From a virus (taxonomy: Duplodnaviria; Caudoviricetes): a DNA stretch of 40,358 nt. The stretch is from positions 1-40,358 of the IMG/VR virus record IMGVR_UViG_3300036805_000147; one strand, given 5' to 3'. A program made the position numbers and the translations under genes. Numbering within the stretch: position 1 is the stretch's first letter; each line of letters opens with the position of its first letter. The notes beneath the pieces were generated by a model that was given only the letters and a program-made list of their open reading frames with translations, was not told the DNA's origin and ran no database searches. Below, in pieces: positions 8,296 to 15,998 of the stretch.

Positions 8296-8562
8296 ATGAC
8301 GATCGGCGACCGACGCGACCGCATCCACCAGGACGGCGCACGCGTCCTGTGGCGGCAGGTCGCCGACGACCTCACCGCGGACATCACCAGCGGCAGACTC
8401 GGACCCGGCTGGAAGCTGCCACCCGAGGTGGACCTGGCCGACTCCTACGGCGTCTCGCGCGTGACGATCCGTCGCGCGGTCGCCGACATGGCGCAGGCCG
8501 GCCTACTCGATGTCGTCCACGGCCGCGGCACGTTCGTCACCGAAACCCCACCCGGCAAGTAG
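8296..8562 (+). CDS. GntR-family winged-helix regulator (DNA-binding domain only)
   Basis: WRQVADDL..I.SG.L.PG.KLPPE..LA..YGVSR.TIRRA...GRGTFV. Confidence 0.93.
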   Translation: MTIGDRRDRIHQDGARVLWRQVADDLTADITSGRLGPGWKLPPEVDLADSYGVSRVTIRRAVADMAQAGLLDVVHGRGTFVTETPPGK

Positions 8563-8576
8563 ACCGAGAGCCGCTT

Positions 8577-8957
8577 CTACCCGCCGTTGCCGACGAGCTG
8601 GTCCGGACAGAAGACGCCCACAGCGGCTTCCGACATGGCCTCGTAGACGTTGCCCTGGCCGCTCACGTCGTATTTGGTGCCGAACAGGTCGCTCCCGGCG
8701 GCGTCGAACTGCTGATCCGATGTCAGCGTGGTGTCGCAGAAGTGGCGGCCTGCCTTGATCAACAAGTAGGCGTCGGAGGTCTTCGGTGCGACCGTCACGG
8801 CCGGGTCGTTCCGTTCGAGGACGGTCAGATAGGTCTCGTCGTCCTGGGTCCACGGCGCGGCGGCCGGCTTGACGCTGGACGGCGCGGCGTGCGATGAGCA
8901 GCCGGCCAGTGCGAGGAGGGCGGCGGCGACGGTCATCAGCAGAGCGAGGCGGCGCAT
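8577..8957 (-). CDS. lipoprotein (DUF732-like)
   Basis: Signal peptide with LAGC lipobox; YL..L...G..FC...AAV.VFCP pattern. Confidence 0.75.
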   Translation of the reverse strand: MRRLALLMTVAAALLALAGCSSHAAPSSVKPAAAPWTQDDETYLTVLERNDPAVTVAPKTSDAYLLIKAGRHFCDTTLTSDQQFDAAGSDLFGTKYDVSGQGNVYEAMSEAAVGVFCPDQLVGNGG

Positions 8958-9083
8958 GGGTGTCCTCCCGTGGCGGTGGCTGTACGCGGTATCGCGATCG
9001 GCGGCGCCCCGGTTACCGGTCGCCGCTGGTTGTCCACGATTCGTCCACTGACTGTCCGGGCCGCCTGCGGCCGGTCGATGCGC

Positions 9084-9311
9084 TCAGCGGGCGTGGTGCG
9101 GGTAGTCCCACATCGCCAGCGCGGCGAATGACGGGCCGAACACGATCATCACCGCGCTGGCGATTACGTACGAACTCACCGGGGCCTGCTGCCCGTGGGT
9201 GAGCAGGACGGTCAGCGCCACGACCGCAACAAACCCGGCCACGGTCAGCACGAGGGAGGCGATCAGCGCCGCCCGGTAGGCCCGGACGCGGCGTGCTCGG
9301 ACGTTGCTCAT
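9084..9311 (-). CDS. two-TM membrane protein
   Basis: MSNVRARR followed by two hydrophobic helices. Confidence 0.6.
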   Translation of the reverse strand: MSNVRARRVRAYRAALIASLVLTVAGFVAVVALTVLLTHGQQAPVSSYVIASAVMIVFGPSFAALAMWDYPHHAR

Positions 9312-9375
9312 CGGTCCATGCTCCCAGCCGGCCGCAGCAGGCGCCAGGTCCCGGCCGACCTGCTGGTGTGGCGTG

Positions 9376-9750
9376 TCACTCCTGCTCGCGGCGCAGAGCC
9401 TCGCGGGCGATGCTCTGCCGGACGTCGTCGGCGACCGCATCCCACACGGCGCTGAAGTCGGCCCCAGTCACGGTGGTGATGGATCCGTCGACAGCACCCG
9501 TGATTTCGCCTGCGACCACGCCGGTGACGTGCCCATACCGCGGGTCGTCGGCCAGCGCGTCCATGCGCTTGCGGTGGTCCACCAGCCACAGCAGCTGGGT
9601 GACGGCTTGCTCGGTGCACAGCCACCCGGCCGCCGTGAACTTCGTCGATAGCCGCCGGCGCCACGTCCACCAGGTGGGGTCGGCCGGCGTGCCGGGGATG
9701 ACTGGGCCCTCGTAGACGACCTGGCCATGCCACTTCACTGTCGCGTTCAT
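9376..9750 (-). CDS. hypothetical protein
   Basis: ATG 9750 (MNATVKWHGQVVYEG); in the leftward operon. Confidence 0.6.
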   Translation of the reverse strand: MNATVKWHGQVVYEGPVIPGTPADPTWWTWRRRLSTKFTAAGWLCTEQAVTQLLWLVDHRKRMDALADDPRYGHVTGVVAGEITGAVDGSITTVTGADFSAVWDAVADDVRQSIAREALRREQE

Positions 9751-9755
9751 GCCGA

Positions 9756-9827
9756 TCACCGTCTTCCGTCGCGGATCTGGTAGGCGCGCTCCGTGGTGAC
9801 GCCAGCCATGCAGACTACGCGGGTCAC
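9756..9827 (-). pseudogene. possible truncated HTH protein remnant (23 aa)
   Basis: GTGA-coupled micro-ORF ending AGVTTERAYQIRDGRR, which resembles the recognition-helix end of small actinophage HTH proteins. Confidence 0.3.
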
Positions 9828-10078
9828 TGTCGCTGTCCCTGCGGCCGGCCGGGGTGGCCACACGGGAGCCACTCGGCGTCGGCGAGCCGGTCGCACTCCC
9901 GGCAGGGTGGGGCGCCGGCCGGCGGCGGACGGAAGGTGCCGACGTGTTCACACAGCGCCTGGATGGGTTGGCCGACCTCGGGCAGGACGTAGCACACCGG
10001 GCAGAAGGCGTGCGAGACCGCCGGTTCGTCGCCGGCCAGGTCGGCTGCCAGGTCGGCCAGCACCTGCTCGCCGGTCAC
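9824..10078 (-). CDS. small Cys/His-rich protein (DUF3039-like)
   Basis: HAFCPVC..G.PIQALC...PPCRECD; GTGA overlap. Confidence 0.6.
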   Translation of the reverse strand: MTGEQVLADLAADLAGDEPAVSHAFCPVCYVLPEVGQPIQALCEHVGTFRPPPAGAPPCRECDRLADAEWLPCGHPGRPQGQRQ

Positions 10079-10302
10079 GCCGCGGCCCGCCGGCCGAACA
10101 CCCAGCGGCCCGCCGCCCGGCCGAGCCGCCACGTCAGCACGGCGGTCACCTTGAGCAGCCACACCAGGCCGAGGACGACGGCGATGATGGCGACGATCAG
10201 GTAGGCCAGCACGGTGATCACCAGGCCGTCACCGGTGGGCGGACGGCGGCGGAAGGTACCGCCGATCCGGAACGGGCCGGGCAGGCCCACGCTCCACGAC
10301 AT
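10075..10302 (-). CDS. membrane protein
   Basis: MSWSVGLPGPFR followed by a long hydrophobic helix; SD GAGG. Confidence 0.6.
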   Translation of the reverse strand: MSWSVGLPGPFRIGGTFRRRPPTGDGLVITVLAYLIVAIIAVVLGLVWLLKVTAVLTWRLGRAAGRWVFGRRAAA

Positions 10303-10304
10303 CC

Positions 10305-10667
10305 TCACGACGCCACCGCCAGGTTCGGCTCGTACGAGCGCCACGCCCGATTGGCTTCCTCACGCTCGAAGCGCTGCGCCTCGACGATCAGGTCGCGGGC
10401 CTCATTCTCACAGTGGATCCGGGCCATGGACAGCGCGCCGAGAAGCACCCCGTCCGGGCCGTGCTCGATCGCGCGGTCGATCGCCTCGCTGAACACGGCG
10501 GCCCTCGCCGCGTAGGCGCCGGCCAGGGTCCGGCTGTACTGGGCGTAGTCGCGGTAGGGCGAGGGCTTGTGCCTCCACCGGTCCAGCACGGTGGAGATCA
10601 TCTCGGCGGCGACGTCTTCGGCGATGTCCAGGTCGGCGAAGACGGCCAGCGGATCGGTGGTGGTCAT
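10305..10667 (-). CDS. hypothetical helical protein
   Basis: ATGA overlap at 10664-10667; protein-like composition. Confidence 0.65.
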   Translation of the reverse strand: MTTTDPLAVFADLDIAEDVAAEMISTVLDRWRHKPSPYRDYAQYSRTLAGAYAARAAVFSEAIDRAIEHGPDGVLLGALSMARIHCENEARDLIVEAQRFEREEANRAWRSYEPNLAVAS

Positions 10668-11230
10668 GCCGAGCACCTGCCCGACGCTGCGACCAGGCGC
10701 AGCACGGCCGCGCTGTAGGTGGTGTGCGTGCGGGCACCGATCTCGGGGCAGGCGTGCTCCAGCAACTGGTCGAGGCTGGCCGGGTCCATGACCTTCCCGG
10801 ACGCGCCGGGCAGGGCCGCCAGCTCACGGGCGAGTTGACTGGTGGACGGTTGCGAGCAGCGGCCCGTGGCCACGACCAGGGGGCCGATCTTCGGCCAGGC
10901 GCGCTGCCAGGCCGCGTTCCCGGGGGGCGGGTCGAGTTGGGCGACCTGGGCGCACACCCACGGCACCCACCGGGTGTCGACGTTGGCGGCGGTGGGGGTG
11001 AGTTGGCAGGCACCTGGCGTGCAGTCGGCGGCGATGGCGGCGGCGAGCTGGGTGTCGGTCATGGACGCGGGGTCGACGGCGGCGGTGGTGAGTTTGGCGG
11101 CGGCGGTCGGGTGTGCGGCGACGGCGCAGGCGGACAGGACGCCGAGCAGGCCCATGATGGTGGCGAGGGTGAGGGCGGCGGGGATGAGGATGGCGGCGGC
11201 GCGGCGGTGGATGGCGCGTACGGTGGGCAC
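10664..11230 (-). CDS. putative lipoprotein / secreted Cys-containing protein
   Basis: Signal peptide with LSAC lipobox-like site; repeated C..(I/V)...V.A.GRCS units; SD GAGGGAG. Confidence 0.65.
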   Translation of the reverse strand: MPTVRAIHRRAAAILIPAALTLATIMGLLGVLSACAVAAHPTAAAKLTTAAVDPASMTDTQLAAAIAADCTPGACQLTPTAANVDTRWVPWVCAQVAQLDPPPGNAAWQRAWPKIGPLVVATGRCSQPSTSQLARELAALPGASGKVMDPASLDQLLEHACPEIGARTHTTYSAAVLRLVAASGRCSA

Positions 11231-11298
11231 TGCGGACTCCCTCGAGGAAGGTTTCCGCTGCCTGGACCTGGAGGACTATTACCGGTCTAGATCCTGGC

Positions 11299-11336
11299 AG
11301 CTAGTTTGTGTGTAGTACTGTACACGCATGGAAGCT
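11299..11336. other. candidate attP overlapping the integrase start
   Basis: Dyad AGCT-N4-TGTGTGTA-GTACTG-TACACGCA-N4-AGCT centred on 11317-11318. Confidence 0.45.
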
Positions 11337-12764
11337 CCTGCTGTCAAGGGCCGCCCCTACCTGCGAGCCAGCGTCGACCGATCCGGCCGCGAACGCTCCC
11401 CCGACGAGCAGTACGACGAGATCGCCGAGAACGCGCAGGCGACCGGCGTGACCCTCGTCGACCGTGGCTACCGCGACATCGGGTCGGCCTCCGGGTACGC
11501 CCGCAAGGGCCGCGACGGGTTCTCTCGACTGCTGGACGACCTGAAGGCTGACCGGTTCGGCGCGGACCTGCTGATCCTGTGGGAGGCCAGTCGCGGCAGC
11601 CGGCGCGTGTCGGAGTGGCTGTCGCTGATCGAGCTGTGCGCGGAGCGGCAGGTGAAGATCCACGTGTTGCAGCACCGCCGCACCTACGACCCGGCCAATT
11701 CGCGTGACCGGCGGTCGCTGCTGGAGGACGCGGTGGACTCGGAGTTCGAGGCGGCGAAGACGTCAGATCGGGTGCGGCGGGCAGTGGCGGCCAACGCGGT
11801 CGCCGGCCGGCCAGCGTCCGGTCCGCCGCCGTTCGGGTTCCGGCGCGTCTACCACGAACGCACCGGTGCGCTGATCGGCCAGGAGCCCGATCCGGCCGAG
11901 GTGCCGATCGTGTGCGAGCTGTTCGACCGCATCGAGAAGGGCCACGCCCTCGCGGCGATCGCCCGGGACTTCGCCGAGCGCGGCATCACCACACGTTCCG
12001 GCGGCCTGTGGTCGCAGCAGCACCTGCGGAAGCTGCTGCTCAACCCGGCCTACGATGGGGTGCGGGTGCACTACGACCAGCATTACCCGGCGACGTGGCC
12101 GCGGCTGGTGTCCCACCGGCAGTGGCTGGCTGTCACCCGGATCCTACGTGACCGGGCCCGCAACAACCGGAAAGATCATCCGGGTGGGGCGAAGTACATG
12201 CTGTCGCTGATCGGGGTGTGCGACGTGTGTGGCGGCGACTTGTACGTGTCCCCGGCACACGGTGACCGGTACGTGTGCCATCCGCACGGGCATGTCCGGG
12301 TCGAGCGTGAGCCGCTGGATAGGGCGGTGTTGCGGGCGGTGGCCGCGTACCTGTCGACGCCGGCCTACTACGCGGTGTTCGCCGAGCCGGGCGACGATGC
12401 CGAGTTGGAGCGGGTGGCGACCGAGCTGGCGGAGGCACGCGCGGAGTGGGATGGGCTGGCCGACTCGGGTATGTCGGCGGCGTTGGCGGCCAGGCGGGAG
12501 CCGGCGATCCTTGCCCGTATCGCGGGGTTGGAGCGGCGGGAGGACGAGCTGCGCACGCCGTCGAAGTTGGCGGGGTTGTTGGCCGGGTCGCCGGACGAGG
12601 ACATGCTGACCCGGTTGGAGCGGGCGCCGGTGTCGGCGCAGCGCACGGTGATGCGCATGGTGTTGGTGCCTGAGCGGTTGGGTCAGTTGCGGATCAAACG
12701 GTCGCCAGTGAAGGGCCACCGGGTTTCGGTCGCGCGCCGGATCGAGTTCCGCCGTAACGCGTAA
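11328..12764 (+). CDS. int: large serine recombinase (integrase)
   Basis: YLRAS catalytic Ser, SASG..R.GF..LL, WEASR.SR, PPFGF recombinase domain, CDVCGG..YVC zinc ribbon and coiled coil. Confidence 0.95.
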   Translation: MEAPAVKGRPYLRASVDRSGRERSPDEQYDEIAENAQATGVTLVDRGYRDIGSASGYARKGRDGFSRLLDDLKADRFGADLLILWEASRGSRRVSEWLSLIELCAERQVKIHVLQHRRTYDPANSRDRRSLLEDAVDSEFEAAKTSDRVRRAVAANAVAGRPASGPPPFGFRRVYHERTGALIGQEPDPAEVPIVCELFDRIEKGHALAAIARDFAERGITTRSGGLWSQQHLRKLLLNPAYDGVRVHYDQHYPATWPRLVSHRQWLAVTRILRDRARNNRKDHPGGAKYMLSLIGVCDVCGGDLYVSPAHGDRYVCHPHGHVRVEREPLDRAVLRAVAAYLSTPAYYAVFAEPGDDAELERVATELAEARAEWDGLADSGMSAALAARREPAILARIAGLERREDELRTPSKLAGLLAGSPDEDMLTRLERAPVSAQRTVMRMVLVPERLGQLRIKRSPVKGHRVSVARRIEFRRNA

Positions 12765-12816
12765 CGGGTGCTGCCGCGCCGGGGCAGAGCAGGGAAGCCG
12801 GCGGGCAGCGTGCTGG

Positions 12817-13536
12817 TCAGTCCAGGCCAAGCAGCCCGGGTAGGCCGTCGAGGATGGGCAGGTGCAGTTGCAGGCTCAGGCACGCCAGGACGCAGGACGG
12901 TGGCGGTGTCGGGGCCGGTGGTGTGCTGGTCGTCGGTGGTCCGCTCGGCGGTGGCCCGGTTGACGTGACGGGCCCGGTCGGTTCGGTCCTCGGCGTGGTG
13001 GTCGTGCTCGCCGGCGGCACGGTCGGTGGTTGCGTGTCTGGTTCGATGCGTTGCGACGTGCCAGGTGTTGTGCCGGTGGCTGTGCGGACGGGGACTCGGC
13101 GTCGTCGGCTGGGTGTCGGCCCGATCGTGAGCGTGGTGAGTGTCGTCGGAGCCACGGATGCTGGTGGTGTCGCGGACGGCGTGTCGGGCACGCCGTGCGG
13201 GATCAGCCCGATCGCGACGATGCCCGCGACGGCGGCGGCCATGGTGGCCACGGACCAACGGGCAGGCCAGCGACGCCAGGACCGGGCGATCCAGCCCAGT
13301 GCGCCGACGATCGGCAGCCACAGACCGACGACGCGCAGGTGCCGCTTCCGCCGGCCGTCGTCGCCGTCATCATCGGGTGGTCGATGCCGTCCGCGCACGA
13401 GGCGTTCGACCACGGCCTCGTGTTCGTCGGCACGCCGTTCCAACGCGCGGATTCTCCGTAATGCGAGCAGCCATGCGGGCAGGCTGGCCAGTAGGCCAGC
13501 GGCCCCGATGGCGATGTAGAGGATCACCATCCCCAT
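12817..13536 (-). CDS. membrane protein with Pro/Thr-rich extracellular tail
   Basis: Several TM helices followed by a PT-rich linker; co-oriented downstream of the repressor. Confidence 0.65.
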   Translation of the reverse strand: MGMVILYIAIGAAGLLASLPAWLLALRRIRALERRADEHEAVVERLVRGRHRPPDDDGDDGRRKRHLRVVGLWLPIVGALGWIARSWRRWPARWSVATMAAAVAGIVAIGLIPHGVPDTPSATPPASVAPTTLTTLTIGPTPSRRRRVPVRTATGTTPGTSQRIEPDTQPPTVPPASTTTTPRTEPTGPVTSTGPPPSGPPTTSTPPAPTPPPSCVLACLSLQLHLPILDGLPGLLGLD

Positions 13537-13598
13537 GTCCTAGTACTACCAGCGGGTAGGACGAAAGAGATCTACCCCGATCGGCCCAGTACGAACGT

Positions 13599-14012
13599 CT
13601 ATATGGCTTCCGAGCGGGCAGCCAGGATGACCCGCCAGCGCTGCCCTTCGGGCCTGTCGCGCATCCGGTCCCAGGTGTCACGTTCCCAGTCGTCTCGCAG
13701 GTCGTCCGGGTAGTCGGGTCCTGTCGGGTCTGGCGGTTCGGGTGCGTCGCCTCCTTCGAGGATGACCCTGGGGGTGTCCTCGTTCCATCGGGGCAGCGCG
13801 CGGCCGATGGCGAACAGGATGGACTCTCCGACGCCGGGCTTGCCGGCTTCGAGTAGTTCCAGGCTCCGGATGCTCTGGATGTTGTTGTCGCGGGCGAACG
13901 TAGTCCGGTACATGTAGCCGTTCGCTTCCCGTGCCTTCTTCACTGCCGCTGCCAGACGGTCTCGTGCTTCCTGGCTGTAGGTCGCCGTCCGCAGCTTTCC
14001 GTGTGCGGCCAT
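13599..14012 (-). CDS. immunity repressor (XRE-like HTH)
   Basis: RLAAAVKKAREANG..R..FA....SIRSL..LEAGK..V...L..I.RAL.W; divergent from Cro next to the integrase. Confidence 0.75.
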   Translation of the reverse strand: MAAHGKLRTATYSQEARDRLAAAVKKAREANGYMYRTTFARDNNIQSIRSLELLEAGKPGVGESILFAIGRALPRWNEDTPRVILEGGDAPEPPDPTGPDYPDDLRDDWERDTWDRMRDRPEGQRWRVILAARSEAI

Positions 14013-14015
14013 ACA

Positions 14016-14220
14016 CGCATGGTTCCGCATGGTTGGGCAGATCGCAACCTGTCGGGTCCACCTCTTGACCCTGTACCTACCTCGGTTCCTTCCCGTCCAT
14101 TCCCGCATGGTTCCGCATAGTACCGACAGGAAGCGATGCTGACAAGCGCAGTCCGATCCAGTTGATACGGGATCGTGCGGGACGACGCTTGACAGGTCCC
14201 GCATGATCCCGCATGATGTG
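14016..14220. promoter_or_regulatory. genetic switch: tandem 10-bp operator repeats and promoters
   Basis: CCGCATG(G/A)T(T/C) tandem pairs at 14016-14034, 14102-14125 and 14197-14217, plus an inverted copy at 14168-14182. TTGACA(14189)-N17-CATGAT(14212) precedes ATG 14225. Confidence 0.75.
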
Positions 14221-14224
14221 AGTT

Positions 14225-14557
14225 ATGCCAATGCTCGATGGGTCGCGGGTCCGCCACCGCGTGGCCGAGATCAACTGGGACCTGGACACGCTGTCCAAGG
14301 TCACCGACATCCCGAGCGGCACGCTCAGGAACGCCACGACGGACCCGAAGCCCCGGCAGCCGGTCAGCCTCAAACGCGCCTACCGCATCGCCCGCGCGCT
14401 GTCGCTCGAGCTGGCCGAAATCCTCGCCAGCGGAGGCGACGAGGGCGTGCCCAGCACACCGCCCGCGCAGCCGTCCAGGCCGAACAAGCCGACTAAGCGC
14501 AAGGACGCCGACGAGCGGAAGACCGGCCCCAAGCGCACCGAGCGGGGTGCGGCATGA
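14225..14557 (+). CDS. Cro-like XRE HTH protein
   Basis: LDTLSKVTDIPSGTLRN...RIARAL.L...EIL; first gene of the rightward early operon. Confidence 0.8.
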   Translation: MPMLDGSRVRHRVAEINWDLDTLSKVTDIPSGTLRNATTDPKPRQPVSLKRAYRIARALSLELAEILASGGDEGVPSTPPAQPSRPNKPTKRKDADERKTGPKRTERGAA

Positions 14558-14685
14558 CCGCCGACGAGGAACTGGACCAGCTCATCGCGCAGGCCGTGGC
14601 CGATGCCGGCCCGCTCGACCGGGACACGCTCACCCAGCTCGCCGCGCTCCTGCCGCCCGTGCACCAGACGGCGGGTGCGGCATGA
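14554..14685 (+). CDS. candidate recombination directionality factor (43 aa, phiRv1 RDF-like)
   Basis: MTADEELDQLIAQAVADAGPLDRDTLTQLAALLPPVHQTAGAA; ATGA-coupled at both ends; below the ORF-track cutoff. Confidence 0.5.
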   Translation: MTADEELDQLIAQAVADAGPLDRDTLTQLAALLPPVHQTAGAA

Positions 14686-14804
14686 ACCTGATCACCGCGA
14701 TCGGCCTGGGCGTGGCCATCGCCGCAGCGCTCGCCCTGATCCCCGAGGCCATCCGTGGCCTCGCACACCACCACCGAACGATGAGACGAAAGAAGATCAA
14801 CTGA
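14682..14804 (+). CDS. small membrane protein (40 aa)
   Basis: ATGA overlap; hydrophobic N-terminus and basic tail. Confidence 0.55.
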   Translation: MNLITAIGLGVAIAAALALIPEAIRGLAHHHRTMRRKKIN

Positions 14805-14805
14805 C

Positions 14806-15060
14806 ATGGGACACGCAGACACGGCGAGCGCCAGACTCGCGTGGGCCGCCGACCTGATCGAGTCCGCCATCGCGCAGATGGCCGGCGCGACCGACGCGCT
14901 GGACCAGGCGCAGGGCGCGATCGCGGACGCGGGGGACTCGTACGTCTCCCACTGGGGCGGCTCAGTGGCTCAGGCCGCCCGCGCGATGGACGAGCGCCGC
15001 ACCCAGTTGGACGCCGCCGCTTCGCAGCTCCGCACGGAAGCGGCACACCTAGCCGGCTGA
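14806..15060 (+). CDS. hypothetical helical protein
   Basis: In-operon ORF, amphipathic helices. Confidence 0.6.
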   Translation: MGHADTASARLAWAADLIESAIAQMAGATDALDQAQGAIADAGDSYVSHWGGSVAQAARAMDERRTQLDAAASQLRTEAAHLAG

Positions 15061-15128
15061 CAAACCCAGGGCGCCCCGCCCGGCGGCAACCGAACGGGGC
15101 GCAACCCAACCAGGAGACAGGACTCCCG

Positions 15129-15296
15129 ATGGGCGACACGACCGTACCCGGCCCCGCGCCGGACCAGCCAGACCCCGACCAAACCCAACGCGTCGACGTC
15201 GACACGAGGAAGGCGGCAGACCGGTGGATGTCCCGCTGGCCCGGCGACACGCCCGGCGACCCCGCCGACCCGGACCGGCCGGACGGGGTCCGGTGA
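15129..15296 (+). CDS. hypothetical protein
   Basis: SD AGGAG/AGGA upstream; TGATG overlap with the next gene. Confidence 0.5.
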   Translation: MGDTTVPGPAPDQPDPDQTQRVDVDTRKAADRWMSRWPGDTPGDPADPDRPDGVR

Positions 15297-15457
15297 TGGG
15301 CCGCAAGGACAAGCCCGCCGAGCAGCAGAAACCGTCCCGCGCCGAGGTCAAGAAGGCGCTGAAGGACGCCCGCGACACCCCGATCGGCAACCTCGGCATC
15401 TCCACCGACGACGCCCTCGAGGCCATCCGGCGCGGCAAGGAAGGCGGCGACAAGTGA
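15296..15457 (+). CDS. small basic hypothetical protein
   Basis: MGRKDKPAEQQK...; coupled overlaps. Confidence 0.6.
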   Translation: MGRKDKPAEQQKPSRAEVKKALKDARDTPIGNLGISTDDALEAIRRGKEGGDK

Positions 15458-15780
15458 CCACGCACGCGGCCGGCCGCCACCACCACGGCAACTACCACGG
15501 CACCACACACCGCCCCGTCCCCGCACACGCCAGGGCCACCGCCAACCCAGTCTGGTGGCGAACCCCACGCGGCCGCGAGTTGGCGCGGGAGATCGGGGAC
15601 TTCGTCGACGAGCTGCACCAGCTCGCCGCCGTCGCGATCACCGCCCTGGTGGTGCTCGGCGTCATCTACCTGGCCACCGCCGCCCTGTGGCCGATCAACC
15701 CGTCGCTCGCCACGGCGGTCGCCGCCGTGTCACTGGCCGGGCTCGCGTTGACCGTGTGGCGGATGCGGAGGCGACCATGA
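15454..15780 (+). CDS. membrane protein
   Basis: Two C-terminal TM helices; GTGA overlap. Confidence 0.6.
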   Translation: MTTHAAGRHHHGNYHGTTHRPVPAHARATANPVWWRTPRGRELAREIGDFVDELHQLAAVAITALVVLGVIYLATAALWPINPSLATAVAAVSLAGLALTVWRMRRRP

Positions 15781-15998
15781 CCGGCTGGCAGCTCGCCGCC
15801 ATCGGCGTCTCCATCGGCCTGGCCGGCGGCCTGATCGCCATCGTCGCCGGCACCAAAGTCGCGGACTGGCAGTGGCGCCGGGAAAACCCGGCCGACACGG
15901 CACCCGACCGGCCCGGCGACGACACCCAGTTCGCCAACTGGCAACCCATCCGCCACGACAACCCCCTGCCCACCACCAACCCCGAGGACACCCAGTGA
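15777..15998 (+). CDS. membrane-anchored hypothetical protein
   Basis: ATGA overlap; N-terminal TM helix. Confidence 0.55.
   Translation: MTGWQLAAIGVSIGLAGGLIAIVAGTKVADWQWRRENPADTAPDRPGDDTQFANWQPIRHDNPLPTTNPEDTQ

Noticed and set aside
13599-14204. 201-aa version of the repressor
   Set aside because: The extra N-terminal part runs through the operator and promoter repeats. ATG 14012 fits the HTH start better.
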